63,944 bases of DNA, filler included, from Craspedostauros australis (GCA_030167865.1; 15 parts of 15 records of this genome joined end to end with filler, not necessarily neighbours in it), one strand, 5' to 3'. Shown: positions 11,493 through 24,290, numbered from the whole stretch's first letter. Notes: generated by a model not told the origin, from the letters alone. Made by a program: numbers and translations.

Positions 11493-12602
11493 CTAATTCG
11501 TCGATTCGGTGTAGTGCTGCTGTTCGGCGACGATGGATTCGCTGCTCGTGGAGCGCATTCGCGTGTTGGGTTCTTCCACTGTGCGCTCCGACTGGAACAT
11601 GGCCGCGTTGGGGTCGTTGCAGACGGGGTAGAACCCGCAGAGGATGGCCTGCGACAAACCCAGTCCCAATCCCAGCAAGTTGGGCACGTAAATGACGGGA
11701 TCGTTCTGCGAGAAACCGTAGAGCATCCAGAAGGTGCTGTTGAGCCAGTTCATGAACATGGTGGGGCGGTGGATGGAGGCAGAATTCTTGGTCGCGACCA
11801 CCTCCTTCATGCTCTGCAGCGGCGCGCCGTAGAAGAATATGAGATTGAGGTTGACGATCAAGCCGACCGTGTTGGCCTGGAGGTTGGCCGTGTGCTGATG
11901 GTGATTGGAGGACAGGACGTAGGGCGAGCCGTTGTGGTGGGCCAGGGCGAGATCCGGCAGGATCCATCCAACCCAAATCAGAATGCAGCACCACACGACG
12001 ATGACGCGCAGCATCCAGACCTCCTGCGATGTGCAGATGAGGGACTCGAATTGCTTGTTGATGAGTCCGGAGGTTTCGTTGTAGGCGTGGATCGTGCTCT
12101 GGTCCTCGTTGAGTTCGAGCGGCGGCGACGCATCGTGGAATGCGGGCGGAATGCCGCTGGTGTTGGCAGCTCGGTTGTTGCTCGTGGCATGCCCCCTTCC
12201 CATCGCAGACGTGACTGTGCTGTAGGCGCCCGTGCTGCCGTTGGGCTGCGTGATGAGGTGGTGGTTGGGATTGTCCCTCCGTTGGGCCTGCAGCCGCTCG
12301 AGGTACTGCAGCTTGGCGGCTCCGCAATTCAGCCAGATGGAGAGCACGAGACCGGGCAGGTTGGACGCCAGGACGAAGGGATCGTGCTTGTAGTACGCGT
12401 AGATGCACCAACCCAGACAGTTGCCCGTCATCACGGTCCACGGGAAGGGATTGAGTTCTGCGAAAGATCCGCGCAGCAGGGCCTTCCGCAGATCCGAGAT
12501 GGGCGCGGCGAACATGGCGCTGGCGATGATGCATCCCAGGAAGGGACACACGTAGCCGAACAGAGTCTGCGCTGTGAAGAAGTTTGCGAAGAAGCCCGTC
12601 AT
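11493..12602 (-). CDS. SWEET: SWEET (MtN3/saliva) sugar transporter
   Basis: Two MtN3 repeats: MFAAP...LNPFPW...NCLGWCIY...N.PG and FFYGAPL...TKNSASI...FWMLYG...IYVPNLLG. Confidence 0.93.
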   Translation of the reverse strand: MTGFFANFFTAQTLFGYVCPFLGCIIASAMFAAPISDLRKALLRGSFAELNPFPWTVMTGNCLGWCIYAYYKHDPFVLASNLPGLVLSIWLNCGAAKLQYLERLQAQRRDNPNHHLITQPNGSTGAYSTVTSAMGRGHATSNNRAANTSGIPPAFHDASPPLELNEDQSTIHAYNETSGLINKQFESLICTSQEVWMLRVIVVWCCILIWVGWILPDLALAHHNGSPYVLSSNHHQHTANLQANTVGLIVNLNLIFFYGAPLQSMKEVVATKNSASIHRPTMFMNWLNSTFWMLYGFSQNDPVIYVPNLLGLGLGLSQAILCGFYPVCNDPNAAMFQSERTVEEPNTRMRSTSSESIVAEQQHYTESTN

Positions 12603-12734
12603 GGTGGCGATTCTGTTGCTGCTGCTGCTATTGTTGTTGCGACTGTTGCGACTGGTGCCGCTGTTGTTGTTGGAATAGAAGTGGTCGGGAGTGTGTTACG
12701 GAGACTCGAATGGAACAAAGTGCAATGCTGTTGA

Positions 12735-12784
12735 GTACTCTGCTCGACTCTACTCTACTCAACTTAACTCAACTTAACTCAATC
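12735..12784 (+). repeat. Degenerate pentamer tandem repeat (TACTC/AACTY) upstream of SWEET
   Basis: tactc tgctc gactc tactc tactc aactt aactc aactt aactc. Confidence 0.65.
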
Positions 12785-14041
12785 TACTTCTGTAAGCAGA
12801 TGCGTCCTCGTTTCACTCTTCGGTGCCAAGCGTGGAATTGTGTGGAACCGTGGATTTGATGGGTGTCAAGGATTGTGAGGTTCTTGATGTGATGGTGTCA
12901 GCAACCAAACTCTTTTTGTGCTCAGCCACCATGCTGAGAGATGGAGGCGCAGAATCTTTCCGCCTTCGTTCTGATGTGCACGACCCCATGATCTGTGTTT
13001 TGCGTGTGTTCTACAATAAATCCATCACACGATCTTGCGTGATTTGCGTGGCCACAAATTTCCTCTTTTCCTTTCTTCGATTGTGTTCATGATGACAACA
13101 CGAAGGATTCCAACTGTCGTTGTTTCTCACTTCCGACGGGTTCACGTACTCGCTATACGCGTCTTTCGTGGAAAGAGACAACCAAACCAGCGATCGGACA
13201 CTCGTTGGCATAACGTTGAAGCACTCTGCGATGACGCGTCGCCACCAAAGAGAGCGGAAGCGAAAATAACGTTGCCGACAACACGAATTCCTCCTGCGTG
13301 TCTCAGTCAGCGACATGATGCACCCAACTTGATCCGCCACAATCGTGGTTAGAGTAGCGTAGACTCCGCATACCGAAAAAATCCGGCAGTTCGGTTTTGA
13401 ATCTGTGGCGGTTGTGAGAAAGTAGTTGTTTCTTCCAGACCCCATCGTCACATTTGTGTTGTGGAGCAGGAGTTATCTCCTTGATGCAAGTGCACACAAG
13501 TTCCTGATGACGACTCTTCGCGTACTCTGCGAGAATGCGTGGTTGCAAGTGCAACCTTGCTTCTCGTCCCGTCCCATTCCTCTCTATCTCATCTATCTAT
13601 CAATGGAGGGACGCAGAGATTATCAGATCCTCTCTGTCGTCAATACAAATGGTGTAGTTTGGTATGTCGACTTTGCAAGGTTGTTCACCTAATTGTGGAG
13701 AAATGGCTCTCTCCAGGTCGACGAAGATACCCAAGGCAGCTCTCGAAAACAGATACAACAAGTGGGGCAACTGGCACACACGCTAACATGATCCTCATCG
13801 ATGCGCAGGTCGTAGCATACATCTGGGTGGCAGGTATTTATGTATGTATGCACCATGCACGCAGAGGCACGATTTGATCTGTGGTGGTGACGGTCGATTC
13901 CACTCTCCAGAGAGAGAGAGGGAGTTGCCCAACACCGCCATCTCAGCAACAGTGTTGCTCATGGCAATGCTACCATACACACTATACACACCAATACGCT
14001 TGCGTTCTGTTGTTCCGAGTTCTCTGCTTCCTCTCGGCTAG

Positions 14042-16924
14042 CTAGTAATTAAGTTTGCGCGTCCAATACTTCACGGCATCTTTGGGAGTTGGGAACCACT
14101 GGACGGAGGAGAAGAGAGGGATGCCGTCCTCCGTCTGCAAGGGCTTCGATCGCGACAATCGCTGGAAGGCCCAGTACGCGGCTTCCGTCGTCGGCAGATC
14201 GATCGTGAGGCTCGTCATGGAGAACTTGGGTCCGCGCCTGGCCTTGGGCTGTTGATCGAGGCTGGCGAAGAGCTGCGGTCCCAACACGTCGTTGACCCAG
14301 CGTTCGATGGCGTTGTGATCCGACGTGGCAATGTCCTCGATGAAAAGACGCTGATTGTTGTGCGCGGCGTGCGCCACCATCACGTGGTTGTCGAACAGCA
14401 TGCCAAAGATATTCAGATGCTGATCACTGGCGCGCTTGCAGTGCTCGGCATCCTTGAACACCACCATGGCGTACAGCGGCGTGCGGGGGCGTTTCCAGGA
14501 TCGGTCACGCATATTGGTGGGTCTCACAATCTTGCGGCCGTGGATTTTGCGGCGGCCCGGGTCCAAATCCAGCCGCTGGTTGAAGATGTGCAGACCTTCG
14601 ATGGGTCCCCACGCTGCCAGAACGTTGCGCAGATCCTCGGGCGTTATGTCGATCGGGAGGTTGTCCAGGAACAGGAGGCGGTCGCTGGGACAGACATCGG
14701 GCAGCTCCAAAGCGCTGTCCGCGAGGCTATCCGATGCAGGTAGCAGCTCGTCGGCGGTTGGATTCCAATCAGGATCCATCTGGATCACATCGAAACGGAT
14801 GTGCGCAGCAGTGCCCTTCCTGGGCCTGCCTGTCTTCGTGATGTCGTCGAGGATCGTGTGGCCCTGTGTCGTGACAGTCGACTCGGCACTGGCATCATGG
14901 ACGGTCTCCAGAATCTCCTCGTCGAGCTGCGACTGCCGTTCCATCCGGGCCAGCGCGATATCAGACGGCTGATCCAGAAACTGCATATGCTCCTCATGCT
15001 GCAGCATGGACTGGATGGAACGAACCGCATCGATGATTTTCGTCCTGTGTTCCTCCCACTTCGCCTTCGATTCGACGATCTTGGGTTCGGCCGATGCGGC
15101 TTGGACAAACTCGAGCACGACGCCCGAATTCGTGATGGTCTCCTCAATGTCGATGGTGCGATGCGTGCCGTCGGAAAGCTTTTCGAAATCCTCGTCGCTG
15201 GTCAGCAACGTCGTCTTCATTGTCGTTTGCGCTGCGGAATCTGTGTAGAAACGTTCCAACAGCTGATACATCGGCCGGATGTGCGGCAGGTTGAGGTAAA
15301 AGAACTCGGCGAGGTCGGACGCGACGAGGTGGCCGTGCTCCTTGGTGTGAAACAGCAACGCATTCTGTATCGAATGACGCGCTCCCTTTGATTTGTATGT
15401 CGGCTTCGTGTCGCCTTCAAGATCATCTCCATCCATGCCGTCCGATGCCTCCTCCTCTTCTTTCTTGCGTTGCTGCAGCTTTGCAAGGATGGTAGACAAG
15501 TTGTTCATGTAGTCCTCGCAGTATTTGTGCGGCATGCTGGCTGTGAGACGCTGCGCCATGACCTCTGCTTCTTGCGTCAGCTCTTTCCTCGTCTTGCGTC
15601 CATGCGCGAGCGTCGTCCAATTGAGGCGCCACGCATCCATGTCGGGTGTGGTGGAACCCTTCTTGCGTCGTTCAACTCGGCTGCTGCGATACGATTCAGC
15701 AGTTGGCACCTCTTCCACAGCTTCCGTTTGCTCGCCTTGGTCTTCCTGCTCGGAAAGTTGCGCATTGCGGTAGACTGCGTTTTGGGCACGCAGCTGCTTG
15801 CACATGGTGCGGAAGGAGGCGCGGCCGAAGATGAGACGGTTGTGGGCGAACTCTTCTCGCAGCTCCATGAGGGTTGGCACGAATTGCTTCCAGTTGTCAT
15901 TGTCTTGGTTGGCTGTGTAGTCTGAATAGTCAGTGCGGACAGAGTGTGCGGCATCCGCGCTCTGCTGTTGCCGACCGGCACTGGTGGCGTCGCTGGTGTG
16001 GTCGCTGTTGCCATACCTGTGGGGTGATACGAAGGCAAGAAATTCCTTCCGCAAATCAGCATCGATGGATTTGTTTCTGGTCAGCTTTTCCAGCACGATA
16101 TGTGCGGGTTCCTTGCGGTTGGATGAAGCCATCTTTTCCTCCAGCTTGGCGATCCATAGGAGCTTGACGATGGGATGCTTGGCGATGATGTAGTTGTCAA
16201 ACCACCCCTCGACTACACTATTGGTATGAACGGTTTGGCTGAGCTGGTCAGCGTACTCGTGGTTTTGATGCAGTGGCACGCGTCCAGTGTGTTGTTGATG
16301 TTGTTGTTGTTGTTGATGCTGTTGCTGCATCATGCTGTTAAATGGATCATCTTTGACCCATTTCGTCTTTGTGCTCGTGCTGGTGCTTGCCTGGGACGGT
16401 GCAGCACTTGGACTTGCACTCCTTGTGCCATTGGTGCCTGCAGTTCTCGTGGGTGCCACAGAGAAGGCCGTGGAGGCTGGAGAAGGATTGGATTCCGAAT
16501 CATCCAGCGCATGGTCCTGATTCAATGGGGCATCATTGAGACTGTCCAACCATATCATCTCGTCTGCGCCTTCAAAATTGGCATTAGCATTAGCATGTTG
16601 GCCGTCAATATCATCGAGATCATCGTGCGAAAGGATGCTCGCGAGAGGCAGGGTGCTGCGCTCCAGCTCAGCAGCTTCCGTTCCTGCTGCAGCCGGTGCC
16701 ACGGATGGCGTTGTCAACGGCTGCGAAGTGAAGCAACGCACGTAATGATGCTCCTGTGGCCATGAGGCAACGGCCCTGCTGCGCGTGAGCGATGACAACG
16801 TTGTCAATGATGCCGCTGATGACGAAGAGACCGCAATACGAGGACGCGTTCTCGCAGCTGCAATGGCCTTCAGGCTGCGTTGCTGCAGGATCTTCTGTCG
16901 CAACGAGTACATGTTGCTTGACAC
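14042..16924 (-). CDS. Large protein with C-terminal RRM-type domain(s), probable mitochondrial presequence
   Basis: 960-aa ORF. RNP2-like LFLDNLP and RNP1-like LYAMVVF, plus a second degenerate repeat starting LFIEDI. N-terminus is R/S/A-rich with almost no acidic residues, ending near VRCF. Confidence 0.82.
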   Translation of the reverse strand: MSSNMYSLRQKILQQRSLKAIAAARTRPRIAVSSSSAASLTTLSSLTRSRAVASWPQEHHYVRCFTSQPLTTPSVAPAAAGTEAAELERSTLPLASILSHDDLDDIDGQHANANANFEGADEMIWLDSLNDAPLNQDHALDDSESNPSPASTAFSVAPTRTAGTNGTRSASPSAAPSQASTSTSTKTKWVKDDPFNSMMQQQHQQQQQHQQHTGRVPLHQNHEYADQLSQTVHTNSVVEGWFDNYIIAKHPIVKLLWIAKLEEKMASSNRKEPAHIVLEKLTRNKSIDADLRKEFLAFVSPHRYGNSDHTSDATSAGRQQQSADAAHSVRTDYSDYTANQDNDNWKQFVPTLMELREEFAHNRLIFGRASFRTMCKQLRAQNAVYRNAQLSEQEDQGEQTEAVEEVPTAESYRSSRVERRKKGSTTPDMDAWRLNWTTLAHGRKTRKELTQEAEVMAQRLTASMPHKYCEDYMNNLSTILAKLQQRKKEEEEASDGMDGDDLEGDTKPTYKSKGARHSIQNALLFHTKEHGHLVASDLAEFFYLNLPHIRPMYQLLERFYTDSAAQTTMKTTLLTSDEDFEKLSDGTHRTIDIEETITNSGVVLEFVQAASAEPKIVESKAKWEEHRTKIIDAVRSIQSMLQHEEHMQFLDQPSDIALARMERQSQLDEEILETVHDASAESTVTTQGHTILDDITKTGRPRKGTAAHIRFDVIQMDPDWNPTADELLPASDSLADSALELPDVCPSDRLLFLDNLPIDITPEDLRNVLAAWGPIEGLHIFNQRLDLDPGRRKIHGRKIVRPTNMRDRSWKRPRTPLYAMVVFKDAEHCKRASDQHLNIFGMLFDNHVMVAHAAHNNQRLFIEDIATSDHNAIERWVNDVLGPQLFASLDQQPKARRGPKFSMTSLTIDLPTTEAAYWAFQRLSRSKPLQTEDGIPLFSSVQWFPTPKDAVKYWTRKLNY

Positions 16925-17475
16925 GTAGTTGCTGATGTGTCAACTTGGAATTGTGGGAATCTGTGGATGGCTATCGGCTTGGCTGTGTGAGAGTGTGGAT
17001 GCGCGGGTGCTTGGATGTGGTTTTATGGATACCATGTGCTGTTCCTTTCTTTCGCCTTCTTGGTCGGGTTTGTGTGGTGGTGGTGTGTTGGCACCGAGGC
17101 GAGATGGTATCCGCCAACACACAACGATCCACATGCCACATCACCACACCGCAAGGTTTTGTGGAATTGAGAACTTGGTTCGTCTGGACAACTTCGATTT
17201 AATCTCACGGTCGAGTTAGTCGCATCGGCTGGATGGCAGACCGTGTTTCCAGTCGTGTCACAGGGGATCCACATTCATCACACGCTAAAAAATGTGAGAG
17301 ACACAACAAGAGAAGACGCACGTACTCGTGGTTGGACGGGTCCAGAGCCATCATCGCAACAAACAACAGACCGTCGACTTCTTGTCCACTTTGCTTCCAC
17401 ACCAGCTGATCTTGAGGGAGGAGTCTCCGCGACTGCAGAATGGAGGGTGGTTCCATTGTTTGCCATGGCTTCTCC

Positions 17476-17500
17476 AGAGAGAGAGAGAGAGAGAGAGAGA
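17476..17500 (+). repeat. (GA)n microsatellite
   Basis: About 12 AG units. Confidence 0.9.
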
Positions 17501-18922
17501 TCCTTGCTGCTCCGCACTCCGCACTCCATCGCTATTGGCGTGTGACGAGGCTTGATTTTCTTGCATTTGCAGATTGAGGGGATGCGCCACTCTTGGCGCC
17601 AAAATCTTGTGACAAGGATCAAACGAAACAGAACACGTCCAGACTTGGGTCACAACACAGCGGAAGGTGTTCTGATGGATGGTTCAATACGATCTACTTG
17701 CAGAGGCAAGAGAGACTGATGCAACAGTGATGAAAGCAGCACGATCGAGAGCAGTGGGAGAGCATCACGTGTCAGAGCCATCGGCATCATCACAACAGAC
17801 GCAACGATGACTTTGCAGCTCCAAGATCTTTGAGCTTTTCCATCGCGTCGATGTGCCAAAACGTCGACGACGACTGCGCTCGTGGCAGAGCCGCGTCTCG
17901 GCAGCAGGCACAATTGCTCCCCTTGTGCTGTCAAAGCATCAGGAGGGCCGAAAGCCACAAGATGGACCATGTGCCATCACGGATGAGGATTGTTCTGCCT
18001 CCAGGAGGGAGAGGACACAAGCAACGGCCCCGTTCGTGTCATCAGCTATGGCGCAAGGGATGATCGTGACCGGCACGAAGAGGACGGGAGGAATCGCGGA
18101 TCTCCGCTCTGTGCATTGCATGTCGTGTGCTGGTCTCGCGAGTGATGGTTCCATGGTGACCTCTTGTGTGTGGTACTCTTGCGTGATGTGCTTTGTGCCG
18201 TCGACGTGTTTGTTCCATTTCTGTTCTGTGATGCCCTTCTGCTCTCCAAGGCTGTTCTACACATCACCATCCCATTCCTTCATCGTACTCCCCCGAAGGC
18301 AAACACAAGTACGAGTACGTACACATGGAAACGAGCAACATCGTGAATACCACAGTGGGAGTCAGCGCCATGAGAGGTCCCAAAGGGTCAAGTCACACCA
18401 GACACCAAAGCAGCATCAACAGCAATAGCAACGGCGATAGCAATAGCAATAACAGCAGTATCACCAACAGTCAGGACAACCAATCCGCCAACGATGTGTT
18501 GCTCAGCAGCTACATCACAGACCTGGGGGCCAAGGCGCACGTTCTGCTCAACCGGCAATCCTTCGTCATTGTCGCATACATCCGTTCGGCGGCCGAGAAG
18601 GTTGCCTGCCATTGAGAAGACCTTCCGCTCATCGCGCGTACTGAAGAGTGTCAGCATCTCAATGCTATCCACGATAGCTCAACGACAGCATACAAGTGCT
18701 TCGACCAGGCGATTCGTTTGTATGGAAGCTGGGGAGCTGATTGCAAGGTGGAAGTTCTGAAACTGAAACTTCGGCAGCAATGCGAATGATTTGAGCATGA
18801 GCTCAACAGTTCAAGGGGGGTCCCACTCTAATAGATAGACTACGATGGAATACGGATCGTATGATATAAGACTCTTCTCCATATCAAACGAGCTAGACGC
18901 GTTGTTCCTCACTTCACGCTCA

Positions 18923-20140
18923 TCACATACTGTCGGGATCCTTCATGAAATAAGGCGAAGACGGATCGACCGTCCGCATATCCAACCGAACGCCACGTCC
19001 CTGCGTGGCCGACACCGACGCCCGCAGCCAGTACCTGACATTCTTTCCCATCTTCTTGCCGGATTTGCCCTTGCCGTACTTGTCCGGTTTGACGGATTGC
19101 AGTTCCTTGCAGACTGACCGCGCATTGTCGACGAGCTTATCGAGACCGAAGCTGGCCTTTCCGATGGGAACATGCACGATGCCCGATTTTTCGGTGCGGT
19201 ACTGCACGTTCTGCGATTGTTGCTGCAAACTCTGCAGCAATTCGTCGGCGTCCGTGAAGAGCGTGCCGACTTTGGGATTGGGCATGAGACCGCGCGGTCC
19301 CAGCACCCTCGCGAGTGCCTTGGAGAGCTTCGGCATGATCTCCTGGGTCGCCAGAGATCGGTCGAGGTTGTCGACAGTGACTTCTCCATTGGCGATCTGG
19401 TCAATGAGCTCTTCTCCGCCGGCATGAAGCGCGCCTCCAGATTCCTTCGCCGTCTTTGCCAGATCCGCATTCTCCGTGAAGACCATGACGGAAACCTTCT
19501 TGCCTGTGCCATGCGGCAAGGCCACGGTGCCACGTAGCGCCTGTCCCGGTCGACGCGGGTCGAGGTTGAGATTGATGGCCATCGACACCGTCTCATCCTG
19601 ATTTCTGTACGGACCCTGATCCTCCGCGCTGGCCTGCACTCGTACGAGTATGATGGAATAGAGAGAGGAGGAGAGGAGGAGAGGAGGAAAGAAATGAGAC
19701 GACGGATTGGATCGAGGTTTCGTGGACGAATGAAGCGAACAAGAAGGATACCCTCCGAGTATGTCGTTTGAGACCCCATGCACTCAGCTGTGATTGCGCA
19801 GAACAAATCGAAATAATGGTCTTGCATGCACTATCTGACCTCATCATATGGTAACCAAGCACATGACGCCACACAACGCCACACCAACAAAGAAAGAAGG
19901 AACCGCCAATCAACGCACCGCATCGGCTCCCTCCTTCAGACGCTTCTCCTTCCTCGCTTGCGCATTGCGCTCCCATTTCTGTTGACGGAAAGCAATACGA
20001 TCTTGAGTATCCTGCAGGATGGATTCGAATGCCTGCGGCACCGCGAATTCTGGTGTCTTCTGCGGATGCGCCCTCGAGACGTAGGAGGCAAATTGCGGTG
20101 TGCGGATAATGGCTGCGCGGTGCAGCGCTCGTGAGAACAT
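18923..20140 (-). CDS. MRPL1: Mitochondrial ribosomal protein uL1, two exons: complement(join(18923..19633,19919..20140))
   Basis: L1 motifs LRGTVALPHGTGKK, LGPRGLMPNPKVGT, VHVPIGK and SATQGRG. Phase-0 GTGCGT...CAG intron 19634-19918. Presequence MFSRALHRAAIIR. Confidence 0.92.
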
Positions 20141-20802
20141 GGTGTGAAAGATTTGAGCGTGATCTCTGTTCTGCCTTCTACGATGCGCCAGTCGTTGGTT
20201 GTCGTTGTCTGCGTGGAGCGTCCAGCCTGTTGCCTGTTACGTTGTCGCACAAGGTTCACACTGAGCACATCAAGACGGCATTTGGCAGGGATGGTGGATG
20301 CCGTTTCTGCGGTTCCGTGTCGGCCTGGATTTTGGGATTGGCCATGGTCGATCCATTTCGTCTGCTTCTGTGTTGTTGGGCGGTTGTTGATGGATAGGGA
20401 ATTTGGAATTTGGAATCGTGTCGGTGTCAACAAGAGCAATATGGTTACGACCTCGCAGAACTCGTGCGTCGAACCTAATGACGATCATCAACCAATGAAA
20501 CGAGACCATGACGAAAATGCATCGTGTTGGAAAAGGGATCTTTTGGTTGCGTGGCTCTTCTGAACTTTCGCCAAAACGAACATCGGAACAAGAACGCAAC
20601 TCACCAAAATCGCGAACCTCCGCACTTTCGGCCACTGACGATCATCCTTCGTTCATTGCAGTTGCGTTTGTTGGCGGCAGCATCGCAGAGCACGCGCGAG
20701 TATTGCTGTTGGATCTTCCACCTCTCTCACTGGCAGTGTTGCATGTTGTTCATCTCTCCCACCACCATCATAAAATCAAAGAAGCCAACAGATTGAGGCA
20801 AG

Positions 20803-23800
20803 ATGAGGATCCATCTCACGAGAAGCGCGACACTGGCGCTGCTCACTGCGGCAGCCACCACCTCGCTGGGCGCATCGAAGAGCAATGGCATGAACAATGG
20901 CTTCAGCATCCACAAGATCTTCGGCACGCGCGCCATGCGTGGCGGCGATCCGATTGCCAAGGTCTTCGGCAACACGGACCCCACGGAGGAGGCGGCCGCC
21001 GTTGCCATGCAGCAGGAGTCGATCATTCCAGAAGAAGCGCCGACATCGCAGCGTGTCATGCTGACAGGACGTGATGAGCCGCTCATGGCGGATATCTCCA
21101 TGCTGACGAGCATTCTCTCCACGATGGTGCAAGAGGAGAGTCCCAAGGTCCACGAGCTCTACGGGCAGTTCTTGGAGATGGGCAAGAAGCGGTGAGTTTG
21201 CTTGCTTGCAGTACTGAAATACTCCATGTTTGTGTATTCTACGAGTTCCCGATTCGACACGCACGTGGACACTGACATCGGCACGTGCATTCGTTGAAAC
21301 TCTTGCTCGGAGAATCAAGAATTGCACATATCATGTACGGTTTATTGCATGATGTCAACGCCTTGGGCCACGCATCGCCGCTGTTCACCATCCGTCATCA
21401 CCGTCATCTGTCTCACCTTTGCCCATCCATCACGTCCGAACTCGCACGAATCCAACAAAATGAAAATTGATGACGGCAACAATTCCATTCCGAAATGGAT
21501 GAACGTGACAATTGTGATCAACCCCAACAAAAACAAAAATACCAATGTCCCTGCAGTGCCAACGATCCAGATGACGACAAGGCGCTGGAAGATATGATTA
21601 AGAAGGCGGCGGCATTGTCATCGGAAGAGGCTCTTGGCGTCCTGCGAACCATCAATCTGGCGCTGTGCCTCGTCACAGCCGCCGAGACTCACCACCGCCT
21701 GCGCATCATCAAGCAGGACGAGCTCAGCTGCCTCGTGGACAACACCGGCGATGGCGTCCTCGACAGCTCCAAGATCCCGGGTCCCCTCTATCACTCCGAG
21801 GACTCCGTCAAGGGATCTCTAACTGCGCTGCTCGGTCCCGACTGCGACATCACGCCAGAGCAGCTCCACAAGCAGCTCTCCACGCAAAAGGTCGAGATCG
21901 TCCTCACTGCCCATCCCACCGAGGTCAACCGAAAGAGCGTCCTGCGAAAGTACCGTCGCGTCACGGAATTGCTTGCGATGCTCGATCGCTCCGACCTCCT
22001 TCCGTACGAAAAGCTGCGTGCCACCATGGAGCTGCAGCGCATCATCAGCGGTCTGTGGGGCATGGACGAAATCAGACGCCAAAAGCCAACCGTCCAGAAG
22101 GAGGCGGCAGGCGGATTGGCCATCTTGGAGACAGTGTTGTGGAATGCCGTGCCATCGTACGTGCGCAAACTTGATGAGCAGTGCGTCATCTCCTTGGGCA
22201 AGCGACTTCCCCTCACGGCCACACCATTGAAGTTCGCATCCTGGATCGGAGGAGACCGCGATGGAAATCCCAACGTCACGCCCGCGGTCACCGAGGAGGT
22301 CGTGTGGAACCAGCGCCTGCGTGCAGCGCGCCTGTATCTCAACGATCTCAACGAGTTGCAGTCCCGACTCTCCATCTCCAGCCGCTTCAGTCCTGAGATG
22401 GAAGAACTCGCCGCATCGCTTCCCGTCTCGCCACACAAGCGCGAGAAGTACCGTCGCGTCATCTCTCACCTGCGCAAGCGTCTCGTCAAGACCGCGCGTG
22501 AATGCGAGTCGCACCTGTCCAAGTTCTTGAATCCGGAGCACATGTCGTTGCTGCGATCCAAGCTTGGGAGCATGATCACGCCGGAGGAGGGCGTCGCCAA
22601 TGAGAACGAAGCCATCGAGCCCATCTACAAGATGGCGGAACTTCTCGATCCTCTCATGATCATGCACAAGTCGCTGGAGGACACGGGATTCGCACTCGTG
22701 GCGGATGGACTCCTCGTCGATATCATCCGACGCCTGCAGATCTTCGGACTCACGCTGGTGCCATTGGACATCCGCGAGGAATCCACCAAGCACACGCTGG
22801 CGTTGGACGCAATCACACGATGGCTCGGCATCGGATCCTACAAGGAGTGGGACGAGGAGGCGCGCCTGTCCTGGTTGCAATCCGAGCTGTCCAACAAGCG
22901 ACCGTTGTTCAAAACGCGTGATATTGACGCTCTTGGATTCGACGCCAGCGTGGCCAAGACCCTCAAGGTCTTTGACGTCATCTCGCAAATCGAATCGGAG
23001 GCGTTGGGTGCCTACGTCATCTCGCAGGCACAAACCGCATCCGACGTGCTCGCCGTCATGCTGCTGCAGCGTCAGTTCGGCATGAAGCCAATGAACGAAA
23101 ACACCATGAGAGTCGTGCCGCTCTTTGAGACGCTGGATGACTTGACCAACGCGCCAGATCGGTTGGCAACCCTGTTTTCCATCCCTGCCTACATGGGCGC
23201 CATCCAGGGCAAGCAGGAAGTCATGGTGGGATACTCCGACAGTGCCAAGGACGCCGGTCGTCTCGCCGCGTGCTGGGCGCAGTACAACTCGCAGGAACGC
23301 ATGGTCGAAGTCGCCGAACGATTCGGCGTCGAGCTCACATTCTTCCACGGCAAGGGTGGCACAGTCGGTCGTGGTGGCAACCCAGCCTTGTACCGAGCCA
23401 TCCTGTCCCATCCGCCCAACACCATCAACGGGCGATTCCGCGTCACGGAGCAAGGCGAGATGATCACGCAGAACTTCGGCAACATGGCCATCGCGGAGAA
23501 GACGCTGGACATTTACACCGCCGCCGTCATGAGAGAGGCCTTCACGCAGCACGTGCAGCCCATTTCGCCATGGAGGAAGGAGATGGATCGCGTTTCGAAG
23601 GTCTCCTGTGATGAGTACAGACAGCTGGTGCGTGGCGAGCCTCGATTCGTCCCTTACTTCCGCCAGGCCACGCCAGAATTGGAACTGCGAAGCTTGAACA
23701 TCGGCAGCCGACCAGCCAAGCGTTCCGTCACGGGAGGCATCGAAACACTGAGAGCGATCCCATGGACGTTCGCATGGACGCAAACGCGCACGCATCTGTC

Positions 23801-24290
23801 AGCCTGGCTGGGCGTGGGCGCCGGATTGTCCAGCGACGATCCCATCAGCACGCAGACGCTGCAGGACATGTACGAAGGATGGCCGTGGTTCCGTGAGACT
23901 GTCGATCTGATCGGCATGATCGTGTCCAAGACTGATTTCTCCATCGCCGAAAACTACGACAACCAGCTGGTCGACAAGGACGGCGAGCTGGATCGATTGG
24001 GTCGGGAAGTCCGCGCCAAGCTCGTGCAAACAAGACAGGCGGTGCTCGACGTCACCAAGTCCACGGACTTTGCCGGAGACCACGTCGCCCTCCAGCGCGC
24101 ATCGTCACAGATCCGCCATCCGTACGTCGATCCCGTCAACGTGATCCAGGCGGAGCTGCTGAAACGATTCCGCGCAATGGACAAGCGTGACGATCTGACG
24201 CCGCAGGAGCAGGAGGAGAAGCAGACCCTGAAGGATGCCCTCATCATCTCGATCAACGGTGTCGCTGCGGGCATGAAGAACAGTGGTTAG
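20803..24290 (+). CDS. PEPC: Phosphoenolpyruvate carboxylase, two exons: join(20803..21191,21557..24290), ~1040 aa, N-terminal signal peptide
   Basis: Motifs VLTAHPTE, WIGGDRDGNP, EVMVGYSDSAKDAG, FHGKGGTVGRGG, LRAIPW and C-terminal GMKNSG. Phase-2 GTGAGT...CTGCAG intron 21192-21556 joins the frames. Confidence 0.97.

Noticed and set aside
18325..18790. Possible third, degenerate DUF6824 fragment (NDVLL...RRFV...W)
   Set aside because: Motifs are split across frames and too weak to call without an HMM search.
21819..23795. 658-aa antisense ORF and similar long shadow ORFs over SWEET, MRPL1 and the RRM gene
   Set aside because: By-product of high GC3 codon bias on the coding strand, with no motifs.
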